Assembly (NCBI GenBank): GCA_963691875.1 | Contig: OY829846.1 | Span: 640,001-704,000, forward strand | From: Aureliella sp. | GTDB taxonomy: Bacteria > Planctomycetota > Planctomycetia > Pirellulales > Pirellulaceae | DNA: 64,000 bases | Reading direction: 5' to 3' | In this document: in pieces, positions 51,894 to 62,677 of the stretch | How positions within the stretch are numbered: position 1 is the first letter of the stretch | How the letters are laid out: the number at the start of each line of letters is the position of its first letter | Program-made: the position numbers and the translations under genes | Notes under the pieces: model-generated | Told to the model about the DNA's origin: nothing | The model's input: only the letters and a program-made list of their open reading frames with translations | The model's database searches: none

Positions 51894-54800
51894 ATGGCTC
51901 GCGCGTACCACCGGTGTGGAATTTCGAATTCAAGAGGTTGTGGTCCTTATGAACATGGAAAGCTTCGAAAACTGCAGTGCGAGCAATTAGAAGCTCGGCG
52001 TGTTCTCGCCGCCGCTATTAGCGACGTTTACTGGGACTCGGCAGATGAAGCCGCTTACGATCTCAAATCTGCGGACAGCGTTGTCCATGCAACAGAGTTC
52101 GAGCTCTTCACCCTGGACGACGGAAACCTAGACACACTGCTGGTCAATGTACCCAATGAGTTTGAATTCGGCTCCGAACGCGATGAATTGCCGACGATCT
52201 CTCTTCCGCGTCCAGACGGTTCTGTAGAGGAGTTTATCTTCGCTCAGACCGATGTAATGTCGCCTGAACTGGCCGCGAAGTTCCCTACCTTCGAGACCTT
52301 TGTCGGACAGGGAATTGATGACCCAACCGCCTCGGTGCGTTTTGATGTTACGGCACGCGGATTGAATGCGATCGTGACATCGTCCCACGGTGGCTACATC
52401 ATCGAACCCTACTTCAGTGCAGAAGACACGAACCTCTACGCGAGTTACTTCTTGCAAGGCGATTTTGATCTATCCGAGTTCCAGCCCGAAAGCCCTGCAC
52501 TCGAATGGGAAGATCACTCTGGCTTCACCGGACCCGAAGGCGAGTTCAACACTTCAGGCGATCGACAAATCGGAGACGAAATTACTGTCTATCGAGCAGC
52601 CTTTGCTTCGACTGGCGAGTACACCCAACGATTTGGCGGAACTGTCGCCTCTGGGCTGGCAAGGATTGTGACGGAAATCAATCGCGTTAATGCCGTTCTC
52701 GAAGTCGAAATGGCAGTAAGGTTTCAGTTGGTCGCCAACAACGACTTAATCATTTACACCGACCCCAATAGCGACCCGTATGACAATGCCGACAATGGTG
52801 CGGTGATCAACCAAAATCGAACTAACCTTGCCAACGTGATCGGCAACGCCAACTTTGACATCGGCCACGCTATGGGAACTGCCGGGGGGGGATTGGCCTT
52901 CATCGGAGCCGTCGGCATTGACAGTATCAAAGCCGGTGCCGTGAGCGCAAATGTCAACCATTTAAGCACGACTGTTCACGAGATCGGGCACCAGTTCGGC
53001 TCGGGGCATACATTCAACGGCACCGGAGGCGCCTGCACGGGCAACTGGGGTGGACGACACGCCGCAGAACCGGGCTCAGGCACGACCATCCTCTCGTACA
53101 ACGGAGCCTGCGGCGACAACAACATTGCTGGCGGACGTGTACTGAACTACCATGCCGAGTCTTGGGAGGCAATGCGGAACCACATGGAGAATAGAATTCC
53201 GAATGTGGGGAGCCGTGTAAATTCTGGCAACAACATGCCCACAATCGACGCTGGCAGAGATTACACGATTCCAGCTCGTACGCCATTTGTCCTTACTGCT
53301 ACAGCTAGCGACGCAGATGTCAACGATGTGCTGACATACACGTTTGACCAGCGTGATCGTGGACCACAGCAAGATGTAAACTTACCGGACAACGGGCAGA
53401 GTCCCTTGTTCCGATTCTTCGCGCCAACAGAGAGCCCTACTCGCTACTTCCCTCAAATCAGCGATATCGTTAACAATCGCACGACAAGGGGCGAAAAGCT
53501 ACCTTCGACGACGCGGCAGTTAAACTTCTCTGCCATCGTTCGCGACAACCGCATCGGTGCAGGTGGTCTTGCTCGCGACAACGTCAGACTCAATGTCGTT
53601 GACACTGGCGTTCCATTCGAGGTTACCAACTTTGACACCAGTGCTAGCCTTACTGGATTCTCAGTCGAAACGATTACCTGGAATGTTGCGGGCACGGCAG
53701 CCGGAGCCGTCAACACTCCCTTTGTAGACGTATTCTTCTCCACTGACGGTGGAGAGACCTATCCAATCGAAGTGGCGACGCGATTGCCTAACAATGGTAG
53801 CGCCGACGTGATCGTGCCGAACGTTGCCACTACGGAGGGCAGATTTATGGTGCGAGGGCACAACAACGTATTCTTCGATATCAACAACGTAGACCTTTCT
53901 GTAACGATCACAGAAGTAGATCTTGACCTTGGCATCCGAACATCGACTTTCATCGAAGACGGTCCAGCTGTTGTCGTGGTTCCAGATGCGGCGGTTGAGA
54001 ATCCTGGTAATGTAGACTGGACCGGATTGGCTTTGGCTGTCGAGGTTGAGAATGCTATCGCAGGCGATCTCCTTAAGATCGATCCTCGTGGTGCGGTCAA
54101 TGTTTCCGGCAACAGCGTTCTCTATGGCGGCGTACAAGTCGCTACGCTTTCAAGCAATCAGACTCAACTAAACCTTGTCTTGAATGCTCAAATGGGTACG
54201 CAACAGTTGCAAGAAGTCTTGAGAAGCGTCACGTTTGAGAACACCACTGATAATCCAACCTCGACCGTCAGAAGCGTATCTTTTGTTGTAGGCGGTAGCT
54301 TGCGACGAGTAACGACAGTTGATGTCGTGCCGACGAACGATCGCCCCACTTTGGAGCCTGTTTCATTGGGAAGCATTTTGGAGGATACGACCAGCATTGA
54401 AGCAAACCGAATTGGCGATCTCCTGGCCGGCAACTTTGCGGACGTTGACGCTGGGTCATTTGCTACTGGTATCGCAATTACATCTAATGTTGATGATCCC
54501 TCCGAGGGCAGATGGTTCTATTCGACCAACGGTGGAAACAATTGGCAGGCCATCGGGACAATTCTGAATCGCGAGCAAAGCCTGGTTCTAAACCTGGATG
54601 CCGTGATCGGATTCCTTCCTGCTCCCGATTTCTTCGGCACCCCTTTAGGATTATCAGCTTACGCCTTGGACGACACTTACGCCGGTGGCTTCTCCGCAGG
54701 TGCAGCTCGTGTCGCACTACCCCTGACCGCGTTAGCCCAGAACGGTTCTGCATCGCAAAACAGTGCGAGTTTCAGTCTTGAAGTGCTGAATGTAAACGAC

Positions 54801-56600
54801 CCACCGTTTCCAAATGTGCAAGGTTTGAGCTACGCCTTCACGCAAGAAGACATTGTGAGCACGGTGATACCCGAGGCAACCTTTGGCGACATCGACAACA
54901 CCACGCTGAGCTGGAGCTTACTTGGAACCAATGGCAGACCACTTCCTACTTGGATGCAGTTTGATCCAGCGAGCCGCAGGTTCTGGGGCGTGCCGAAGAA
55001 CCGTGACGTGGGCACAACGCACCTAGTTCTAACTGCGACCGACACCTTGGGCGAGCAGGCTCAAGTGCCTGTCCAGATTACTGTTCAGAACCTGAATGAT
55101 GCACCGACCGCGCTCAGCCTCTCGACTCGTGAGATCCCAGAAAATCTAGTGGGCCGACCAGTTGGACGGGTGTCCGCACAGGATCCAGATCCGAACGATA
55201 CGATCACTTGGACCCTTTCGGACGATCGTTTCCGGATCATCGAAAACGAACTGTGGCTCTTCGAGGCACTTGATTACGAGACCGAGCAGAATGTCCGATT
55301 GGTGCTAACTGCAACCGACTCAGGTAATCCTCCGCTGTCTTCAAGTCTGACCACGGACCTGCGCGTGGTGAACATTAACGAATTTGCTCCCAAAGTTTCT
55401 CCGCAGAATTTTGAGATGCGATCTGGTACCGCTGCCGGTACTCTCGTCGTAGATGTCGATGCCATCGACAATGACCTTGGCGATACCATCACTTACCAAC
55501 TAATCGGAGAAGGGGCCGAAAAGTTCACCATCGATTCGCAGACAGGCGAAGTACGTTTGGCAGAAGAATTGGACTTCGCTCGACAGAGCCGCTATCGATT
55601 CTTTGTCGAATCGACTGACGACGGATTTCCTCCAAAGTCTGGTCTTGTCCAATTCAACCTTTTTGTGACACCGATCAACGACTTCTTGCCAACGATCCAG
55701 TCCCCTCAGAACTTCATGATCTCTGAGAATATTCCTGGCGGAACCAGCGTGGGCACGGTTGCGGCAGAAGATCTCGATGGCCACGGTCTAACTTACGAGC
55801 TCGTCGGTGCAGTTCCGTTCTTAATTGATACGCAGACCGGTGAGCTAACCACTCGACCGGATGCAGTGATCGATTTCGAATCGCAATCCGAATTCCAGTT
55901 TCTTGTTCGTGTGACCGAAGCAATGGAGCCATATCGAAGCGCGGTCGGAACGGTTGGCATCACCGTCGTGAATCAGAACGAGCCTCCAACTAGCGTTCAA
56001 CTGACAACCAACGGTCCCGTGCTTTCCTCACGCACCGGACTCGACATTGGCACCTTGAGTGTTGTCGATCCTGATGCTGGGCTAACGCAATTCGGCTTTA
56101 GCACGAGCGACGGTCGATTTGTGTTTGATGGCAACCAGCTCAAGCTCACAGACTCTGGATACTTCACAGAGGCCGAAGACGGCCCACAAAACTTGTCGAT
56201 CCAAGTCACCGATCTGAGCGATCCAAGTGTCGCTGCGACTTTCACCGTTTCCTTCGACGTGCTCGCCGCACCGGCCTGGACCAACCCTGTCAATCGATTT
56301 GACGTTACGGGAGATGGAAACGTGGTGCCAAGGGATGCTTTGATCACCGTTTCAGAGCTCAACCAAAACGGAGCTCGACGCCTCTCCGATCCGCGAACAG
56401 TTGCCGAGCAATCGGAGTTTGATTGGGACGTCAACTCGGACGGTTCACTCACGCCGCTCGATGCTTTGATGATCATCAATCATTTGAATGAAATGCAGGC
56501 GAGCGGTGAGGGCGAAGGCTTCGCTGAATCAGGCTCCAACATCTGGCTGGATGCGTTTGAGGACCTAGAAGAAGAGCGTCGCCGAAGATTCTCTCGATAG
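51894..56600 (+). CDS. Large secreted reprolysin-like (M12B) metallopeptidase with cadherin/Ig-like repeats and C-terminal dockerin
   Basis: EQLEARRVLA Planctomycete extracellular motif, HEIGHQFGSGH, LPTWMQFD, LDYE/VNINEFAP cadherin motifs, DVTGDG..DVNSDG dockerin. Confidence 0.92.
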   Translation: MARAYHRCGISNSRGCGPYEHGKLRKLQCEQLEARRVLAAAISDVYWDSADEAAYDLKSADSVVHATEFELFTLDDGNLDTLLVNVPNEFEFGSERDELPTISLPRPDGSVEEFIFAQTDVMSPELAAKFPTFETFVGQGIDDPTASVRFDVTARGLNAIVTSSHGGYIIEPYFSAEDTNLYASYFLQGDFDLSEFQPESPALEWEDHSGFTGPEGEFNTSGDRQIGDEITVYRAAFASTGEYTQRFGGTVASGLARIVTEINRVNAVLEVEMAVRFQLVANNDLIIYTDPNSDPYDNADNGAVINQNRTNLANVIGNANFDIGHAMGTAGGGLAFIGAVGIDSIKAGAVSANVNHLSTTVHEIGHQFGSGHTFNGTGGACTGNWGGRHAAEPGSGTTILSYNGACGDNNIAGGRVLNYHAESWEAMRNHMENRIPNVGSRVNSGNNMPTIDAGRDYTIPARTPFVLTATASDADVNDVLTYTFDQRDRGPQQDVNLPDNGQSPLFRFFAPTESPTRYFPQISDIVNNRTTRGEKLPSTTRQLNFSAIVRDNRIGAGGLARDNVRLNVVDTGVPFEVTNFDTSASLTGFSVETITWNVAGTAAGAVNTPFVDVFFSTDGGETYPIEVATRLPNNGSADVIVPNVATTEGRFMVRGHNNVFFDINNVDLSVTITEVDLDLGIRTSTFIEDGPAVVVVPDAAVENPGNVDWTGLALAVEVENAIAGDLLKIDPRGAVNVSGNSVLYGGVQVATLSSNQTQLNLVLNAQMGTQQLQEVLRSVTFENTTDNPTSTVRSVSFVVGGSLRRVTTVDVVPTNDRPTLEPVSLGSILEDTTSIEANRIGDLLAGNFADVDAGSFATGIAITSNVDDPSEGRWFYSTNGGNNWQAIGTILNREQSLVLNLDAVIGFLPAPDFFGTPLGLSAYALDDTYAGGFSAGAARVALPLTALAQNGSASQNSASFSLEVLNVNDPPFPNVQGLSYAFTQEDIVSTVIPEATFGDIDNTTLSWSLLGTNGRPLPTWMQFDPASRRFWGVPKNRDVGTTHLVLTATDTLGEQAQVPVQITVQNLNDAPTALSLSTREIPENLVGRPVGRVSAQDPDPNDTITWTLSDDRFRIIENELWLFEALDYETEQNVRLVLTATDSGNPPLSSSLTTDLRVVNINEFAPKVSPQNFEMRSGTAAGTLVVDVDAIDNDLGDTITYQLIGEGAEKFTIDSQTGEVRLAEELDFARQSRYRFFVESTDDGFPPKSGLVQFNLFVTPINDFLPTIQSPQNFMISENIPGGTSVGTVAAEDLDGHGLTYELVGAVPFLIDTQTGELTTRPDAVIDFESQSEFQFLVRVTEAMEPYRSAVGTVGITVVNQNEPPTSVQLTTNGPVLSSRTGLDIGTLSVVDPDAGLTQFGFSTSDGRFVFDGNQLKLTDSGYFTEAEDGPQNLSIQVTDLSDPSVAATFTVSFDVLAAPAWTNPVNRFDVTGDGNVVPRDALITVSELNQNGARRLSDPRTVAEQSEFDWDVNSDGSLTPLDALMIINHLNEMQASGEGEGFAESGSNIWLDAFEDLEEERRRRFSR

Positions 56601-56645
56601 CCTATCGATTCCGCTCAGATGATTCATTGCAGTTGTCGGCAAGAC

Positions 56646-58046
56646 TTAGGGTCTTGTCGACAGCATCATAGCCGGTTGAACATCTGCAACCGCATCTCCC
56701 GAAGGAGTTGTAGGATGATCTTCGTGCGATTGGGCAGTTTGCTCGATCGAGGCATGAAGCCGCTCGGTGATCTCGATGAATTCTGATTCACGATCCACGA
56801 AAGCCAAAACAATTGTCGGATCAAAGTGCTGCCCAGTACCTTCGAGGATGATTTCCCGAGCCTGTTTGTGCGTCATTGGTCGCTTGTAGACGCGAGGGCT
56901 AACCAGTGCATCGTAGACATCCGCCAAAGCAACGATACGCGCGCTGATTGGAATCTCATTGCCCTTCAATTTCGCCGGATAGCCGGTCCCGTCGTACTTT
57001 TCATGATGCGACAAGGCAATTTCGTGCGCTACGGTTAAAAAATCGTCTTCTCCAAGGCGTTCGATGATAGCGGCAATGCACTCCGCGCCCAGTTCGGCGT
57101 GCGTCTCCATGACGGCTCGTTCTTCGGGGGCCAATCGACTTGGCTTTAGGAGAACCGAATCCGGAATTCCAACCTTGCCAATATCGTGTAGTGAAGAGGC
57201 AACTCCGAGCGTATCAATGTACTCGTTGGAAAAATCTGGCAAAGTTTGCTGCAGACCCTTCGCAAGGATCGTTACAAAAGAACGGATTCGATCGAGGTGG
57301 TCGCCGGTGTCCGAATCTCTCGATTCAGCAAGCTTCGCCAAGCCAAAGATCGTCGCGTTTCTCGTACGCTTGAGCGACTTGGTACGCTGTTCGACCTGTC
57401 TCTCAAGATTTTGGTTTGACGTCGAAAGACGGTGCTCGTATCGACCTATGACAACAGTTGCTGCCGCGGCGGTCAAACAAACCACGATCAACACAAACAC
57501 GTACGCCAAAGCGAACACTGGTCGTAACGTTGCTTCGGTCTGTTTGAAAATGCTCGCCTTATTCTGGACAGCGAGAACCAACAAACCGGTTTCAGGGATC
57601 CGCTCAATGGCAACAAGATGCGTGCCGATATCCAGCGTGCTTGCCCGTTCGTCCAACGCCATTTTCGACTGCAACGTTCGGAAGTGTTTCGAAAGGTAGG
57701 ATTCCCACTCTGACTCGAATTGCTTCTGGCAAGCTATCCGAATCGTTTCCGGCGAGAACAAGCAGACAGAACCATTATTGGGCACTCGGATTTTTTCGAG
57801 CAAAGTGGATAGCTGGTCCCAATCGAGCTCACTTGCACCGCCGACACCCAGCTCGCGACAGAACACAGCTGCCTGATGTACAATCTGTTGGTTGTTGCGT
57901 TGGATGGCCTCAGCCAACGAACCTTGCAATCGTTGTCGAGACAGGTTTGAGAAAAGAAAGATGCCAGCTGACACGCAGATGCATTGCGCGCCCACCAAAA
58001 GCAGAACTAGCAGAGTTCGATTCTTGAATTTTGGTTGGCTTATCAT
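56646..58046 (-). CDS. Membrane-anchored HD-GYP c-di-GMP phosphodiesterase
   Basis: 2 TM, LAESRD..TGDH, HDIGKVG, HHEKYDGTGYP, ADVYDAL..RVYK. Confidence 0.93.
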   Translation of the reverse strand: MISQPKFKNRTLLVLLLVGAQCICVSAGIFLFSNLSRQRLQGSLAEAIQRNNQQIVHQAAVFCRELGVGGASELDWDQLSTLLEKIRVPNNGSVCLFSPETIRIACQKQFESEWESYLSKHFRTLQSKMALDERASTLDIGTHLVAIERIPETGLLVLAVQNKASIFKQTEATLRPVFALAYVFVLIVVCLTAAAATVVIGRYEHRLSTSNQNLERQVEQRTKSLKRTRNATIFGLAKLAESRDSDTGDHLDRIRSFVTILAKGLQQTLPDFSNEYIDTLGVASSLHDIGKVGIPDSVLLKPSRLAPEERAVMETHAELGAECIAAIIERLGEDDFLTVAHEIALSHHEKYDGTGYPAKLKGNEIPISARIVALADVYDALVSPRVYKRPMTHKQAREIILEGTGQHFDPTIVLAFVDRESEFIEITERLHASIEQTAQSHEDHPTTPSGDAVADVQPAMMLSTRP

Positions 58047-58350
58047 CGAGCACCTGGTAGCGCACCGAGGGATTTCGAAAACATCATAGAGAGGATCGAT
58101 TGAAGTTAATCCGATTAACGAGAACCCTCCCCAGGGAGCGTATTACACGCATAGACATTGAAGCCGCAAATCAGTTAATGATGCTTGATAGGTCTGAATC
58201 TCATTGCCGGAGAATCGGATACTAACGTCTGCGCACACACGTCTCGATACCTTGAACAGTCAAATCCGGCTCGCCACGGTGGCAATGCAGCCATGGCGGC
58301 TCAGCCACGCGCGTCAATTTGAAGAGCTATGAATTCAGCTACAAGAAGCT

Positions 58351-59898
58351 TCAGCCATTGAAGGTTCGCAGCAGTTTTCTCCCGCGGAAGAGACACAGTA
58401 TGATCTCAGGACTGAGCGCCTTCGGATCGTGATTTGAGCTGGGATAGCTGAGCAGCTCATTCCCATCGGTGAGAACAATCCACTCTTGTCCAGCTTTCTC
58501 TGCAGTGCCAATCAGAGCAGTCTCCCCGAAAAACAAAGTCAGCGCTATTGGCTTGGCGGACTCATAGCCCAGTGATTGCAGGTACTGCTGCATGCGTGCC
58601 GACTCGATCTGCTGCGTCTCGTTCAATTGATCTGCAGGCACTTCGAAGATCTCTTCGTGCTCAGCTTGCCATCCAGCAAAGACGGAGAATATGTCGTCTA
58701 CTGGCAACGAAGACATGTCCGTCTGAAAGCAATGCGTTAATGGACCACTGATAGCAATATTCTGCATCGGCCCCTGGGGCATGCTGTAGGTAAATCGAAA
58801 CAGATAACAAGCTCTCGGCTCTTCGTAACTCGGCCAGTACTGAGTTCGATGCTCAATAAGTTCAATCTCTTGTGGAGCGATCCCAAATTGAGCAGGGTCT
58901 GCTAGCCATGAAGCCAGCTCCGATTCGGCGGCGGCTTGAGGCGTTCGATACTCTTCCGGAATGGCTTTCATGAGTCCGAGCTCCTCGGCGTACGCTAAGA
59001 CTCGCCCTCGGGCTGCCGCATCCTGGCTCAGGGCAACCAAGCGTTCTTTGCCTTCGTCCACCTTGAGTCGAGCCAGTGCTGCGGCGGCTTCAGTCTGAAT
59101 TCTCCGGTGTGATAACGTCAGCGCGTCAATCAACGGTTCCTTAGCAATGAAATTCGCGATTTGCCCGAGACCGTCGCACAGAGACACAGTCAAAGCTACG
59201 CTGTCTGCCAACGCCTGCTGTACGACTTCGACCGTATCACCAAATTTCTGGGGTTCCTTTTCGAGTTGCCGAAGCCGGTAAATGACTTGTTGCAAGAGCT
59301 GGCTGAGCTGCTCGGCACGTGCAGCCCAGGGATGCGTTTCTAGCCCCCCCTCGCGGACCGAATAATTCGCAAGGTCCAGAAGTACTGCGGTTGTCGACGG
59401 CTGCAAAAAGCCATCGTCCAGTTGTTCGAAAAAATCCATCAGTGCATCTGGCTTGGCCGACCAAAGTGGGCTCAGAGCTATCCCTACGGATTGCCAGTCT
59501 TCAGGTGGCAACTCTTGCAACGTTTCCACCAAAGCGAGCAGTGATTCGGCATCAGCTTGAATTGCCAAGACTTGAAGCAGATGGGCAGCTGCTGCGCCAT
59601 GCTTTGCAGCCACAAGCTGTTCGTAAACGTTTGCAACTTGTCGAGAGTCCAAGATGGGTGCCTCGGGAGTCTCTTCCAGAAGCTGCTTGACCCGCGCGGC
59701 CATGAGCTGAAACACCAGCTGCGGATGGGAGCTACCTGAAGAGATGTTGCCAATCTGATGCTCTAGCACCCCCAACAAGGATTCCAGCTCCAAGTAGTCA
59801 GCTTGCATCAATCCCTGCTGACACGCTTCATCCAGCTGACTGGCTTGTGGAGATGCGAGCCATGGCAGTAGTTTGTGGATCCAATGCTCGGAACTCAT
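58351..59898 (-). CDS. HEAT-repeat-like hypothetical protein
   Basis: 515 aa helical Leu/Ala-rich ORF, HRRIQTEAAAALARL. Confidence 0.8.
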   Translation of the reverse strand: MSSEHWIHKLLPWLASPQASQLDEACQQGLMQADYLELESLLGVLEHQIGNISSGSSHPQLVFQLMAARVKQLLEETPEAPILDSRQVANVYEQLVAAKHGAAAAHLLQVLAIQADAESLLALVETLQELPPEDWQSVGIALSPLWSAKPDALMDFFEQLDDGFLQPSTTAVLLDLANYSVREGGLETHPWAARAEQLSQLLQQVIYRLRQLEKEPQKFGDTVEVVQQALADSVALTVSLCDGLGQIANFIAKEPLIDALTLSHRRIQTEAAAALARLKVDEGKERLVALSQDAAARGRVLAYAEELGLMKAIPEEYRTPQAAAESELASWLADPAQFGIAPQEIELIEHRTQYWPSYEEPRACYLFRFTYSMPQGPMQNIAISGPLTHCFQTDMSSLPVDDIFSVFAGWQAEHEEIFEVPADQLNETQQIESARMQQYLQSLGYESAKPIALTLFFGETALIGTAEKAGQEWIVLTDGNELLSYPSSNHDPKALSPEIILCLFRGRKLLRTFNG

Positions 59899-60036
59899 AG
59901 GCTACTCAATATAGGGACGAGGGTTTGCAGACCGGGGTGTTCAGCCAAGAATGGGCCCAGCCAGAAGAATGGGCAAGCTGCTCATGCGAGGACGCGGGAT
60001 TATTTCACCCGCAACGCTGATTCCACACAATAGGTA

Positions 60037-60066
60037 GTGACATTGTTTGCCAATTCCGTCTAGTAT
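60037..60066 (+). promoter_or_regulatory. Possible sigma70-type promoter of the helicase
   Basis: GTGACA-N18-TAGTAT. Confidence 0.35.
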
Positions 60067-60211
60067 CTACCTTTACAGTAGAGCTTGTTTGGCTGGAATG
60101 GTCTCGCCGAACAGCAGGTCTCTTCGACTCTCGCACAGTTGTTCGCATCAACTTTTCCAGTGCTTTTGCGGCCTGAAGCGACTGAACTGAGGCTTTCCCC
60201 CATAGCTGAAC

Positions 60212-60305
60212 GGGTGGCGTGTCAATCAGTTTGATCGCATCGGGCCGTGGAAACAGCAGCGGCGATCCTCGCCGAAAGAGCTTTTTTGGATTGATTGGTC
60301 CGCCC
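60212..60305 (+). ncRNA. Candidate structured leader RNA upstream of the DEAD-box helicase
   Basis: GGGTGG/CCGCCC and TCAATCAGTTT/GGATTGATTGG outer stems, GATCGC/GCGATC inner stem with GGAA tetraloop. Confidence 0.5.
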
Positions 60306-60411
60306 TAGATGGCGCATTCTGTTTGGGCTGGAGTGGAAGAAGATCCGTGTGGAGGCCGAAGTCTTTGCACGAAATATTTTCGTTCATGGAACCACATACA
60401 TTGGATTTATT

Positions 60412-61692
60412 TTGCAAGCTACCAGCTCCCCAGAGGAGTCGCAGGCTGCAGCCGAAGTCGGTTTTGCAGACCTAGACCTCTCGAAAGTGATGCGCCGAGC
60501 CCTAAAGCGAGGCGGCTACGAAACTCCGTCTCCGATCCAAGCCCAATTGATCCCACCCGCACTCGACGGACACGACGTCATTGGACAGGCAAGAACTGGC
60601 ACGGGAAAGACCGCTGCGTTCTCCATTCCAATTCTTGAGTTACTCGATCCGCTGAGTCAGTGCAGGAATCCGCAAGCACTCGTATTGGTGCCTACCCGCG
60701 AGTTGGCCGAGCAAGTGTATCAAGAGATGTGCAAGCTCGCTCATGGATGCAAGACGGCGATCACGGTTTTGGCCGGTGGCAAACACATGCGCCGCCAGAT
60801 TCGGCAACTGCAGGAAGGCACTCAAGTTGTCGTTGGCACACCAGGTCGGGTCTTCGATCACATCCAACGTAGAACCTTCAAGACTCATGATCTTTGGTGC
60901 GTAGTTCTGGATGAAGCAGATCGCATGTTGGACATTGGATTTCGTCCCGCAATTGAACGAATCCTACGGTCCTGTCCCAAAGATCGGCAGACCATGCTGC
61001 TTAGCGCAACGATGCCTCCTGAAATCCAGCGGCTAACCAAACGTTATCAAGAGAATCCGGTGCACATCGACTGCTCCGGAAAGAACATCTCAGTCGAGAC
61101 GATCGAGCAGCGTTACTTTAGCATTCGGCAGAACCAGAAGTACGAATTGCTGCTAAAACTGCTCGAACGCGAGATTCCACGCCAGGCGATCATTTTTTGC
61201 CGAACAAAGCGAGGCACCGATCGCTTGCACTTGGCCCTCGAGAAATCCTTGGCGAACCATGACGAGCTTTCCAAAGCCAAACTGGCCTGTATCCATGGCG
61301 ATATGAACCAGCGAGGTCGAGACCGGGTCTTCAATGATCTGCGCGCCGGAAAGGTCAACATCTTGGTTGCGACAGATGTTGTCGGACGCGGCATCGACGT
61401 ATCCACCGTATCGCACATCATCAACTACGACATTCCGCTCGACTGCGAAGACTATGTCCACCGAGTAGGTCGGACAGGGCGGATGGGAAGAGAAGGAATC
61501 GCATTCACTTTCGTAACTGCCGATGAAGGTCCGCAGTTGACCGCGATCGAAGCCAACATCAACCGGTTACTCGAACGTGATTCGATCGGTGAGCCAGAAC
61601 CAGTGGAAGCGGTTGTCGAAGAGCCGCAGGAGGAAAAGCCTAAGAAAAAACGGCTTTTCCCTGCCAGGAAAGTAGGTGGCAGACGACGTTGA
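60412..61692 (+). CDS. DEAD-box RNA helicase (start uncertain; ORF track gives 60295)
   Basis: ARTGTGKT, PTRELA, GTPGR, DEAD, SAT, RGID, HRVGRTGR. Confidence 0.96.
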   Translation: MQATSSPEESQAAAEVGFADLDLSKVMRRALKRGGYETPSPIQAQLIPPALDGHDVIGQARTGTGKTAAFSIPILELLDPLSQCRNPQALVLVPTRELAEQVYQEMCKLAHGCKTAITVLAGGKHMRRQIRQLQEGTQVVVGTPGRVFDHIQRRTFKTHDLWCVVLDEADRMLDIGFRPAIERILRSCPKDRQTMLLSATMPPEIQRLTKRYQENPVHIDCSGKNISVETIEQRYFSIRQNQKYELLLKLLEREIPRQAIIFCRTKRGTDRLHLALEKSLANHDELSKAKLACIHGDMNQRGRDRVFNDLRAGKVNILVATDVVGRGIDVSTVSHIINYDIPLDCEDYVHRVGRTGRMGREGIAFTFVTADEGPQLTAIEANINRLLERDSIGEPEPVEAVVEEPQEEKPKKKRLFPARKVGGRRR

Positions 61693-61783
61693 CGTTAATC
61701 TGATTCCTGCACTTCCACCACCAGTAGCTCGTATCCGACGCTACGTGGCAACCTGAATCACGATTTAAGGCGGTAGAATTCAA

Positions 61784-62650
61784 GTGTCTGAATCGCGCTC
61801 ACCATCGCTCCGCGACCTGTTCGTTGCAGAAGTAATTGGAACGTTCATTCTGATCTTCTTCGGAATTGGCGCCGTTCATTCCGCGGTCGCCTTCGGAGCG
61901 CAATCAGGGCTTTGGCAAGTTGCGGCAGTCTGGGGCGTTGCCATCATGCTGGCCATCTATTGCATTGGTCAAATCAGTGGAGCGCACATCAACCCAGCTA
62001 TCACTCTTTGCATGTATATCTGGGACGACTTCGACGCGAAGAAGATTGGGCCCTACATTGCTGGCCAGCTTGTAGGAGCCTTTCTCGCTGCCTCGTTACT
62101 GTTCCTTCTCTTCTCCGCAAGACTCGAATCGGTGGAGATAGAGTTCGGTGTCAAGCGAGGAAAGCCCGGCAGCGAGATTACAGCAAGTTGTTACGGAGAA
62201 TTCTTCCCCAACCCTGGAGGCCTGTCTGAGAAACCATACTCTCCGGCGGAACACGAAAAGCTTCGTGGACAAGTCACACATGCTACGGCGTTTTGGGCAG
62301 AGCTCTTCGGAACCGCAATCCTCGCGTTTGTCGTCATGGCACTTGGGAACAAGAGAAACCGAGAATCGCCAAAGAGCAATCTCGCTCCCGTTTTTGTTGG
62401 TCTCACCGTCACACTTCTGATCTCAGTGATTGCACCACTGACTCAAGCCTGCTTTAACCCTGCTCGGGACTTCGCGCCACGAGTGTTCGCTGCGTTTGCC
62501 GGCTGGGGGAAAATCGCTTTGCCGCTCGGCTCAGAATGGGGCTGGCTCACTGTGTATATCCTCGCTCCCATTGTGGGTGCCATCCTCGGCGGAGGTTTCT
62601 ACAAGAAGGTCGTAGAGCCAATCTTTATGAAACTACCTGAGGAGGCGTAA
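61784..62650 (+). CDS. MIP family aquaglyceroporin (GlpF-like)
   Basis: SGAHINPA and FNPARD. Confidence 0.93.
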   Translation: MSESRSPSLRDLFVAEVIGTFILIFFGIGAVHSAVAFGAQSGLWQVAAVWGVAIMLAIYCIGQISGAHINPAITLCMYIWDDFDAKKIGPYIAGQLVGAFLAASLLFLLFSARLESVEIEFGVKRGKPGSEITASCYGEFFPNPGGLSEKPYSPAEHEKLRGQVTHATAFWAELFGTAILAFVVMALGNKRNRESPKSNLAPVFVGLTVTLLISVIAPLTQACFNPARDFAPRVFAAFAGWGKIALPLGSEWGWLTVYILAPIVGAILGGGFYKKVVEPIFMKLPEEA

Positions 62651-62677
62651 ACCAGGTCGGAGCTAACCACTACACGG

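Noticed and set aside
60233..60267. SRP (4.5S) RNA, suggested by GGAA..AGCAGC
   Set aside because: Lacks the CAGG side of the helix-8 symmetric loop and the 3-bp closing stem; kept only as an unknown structured leader
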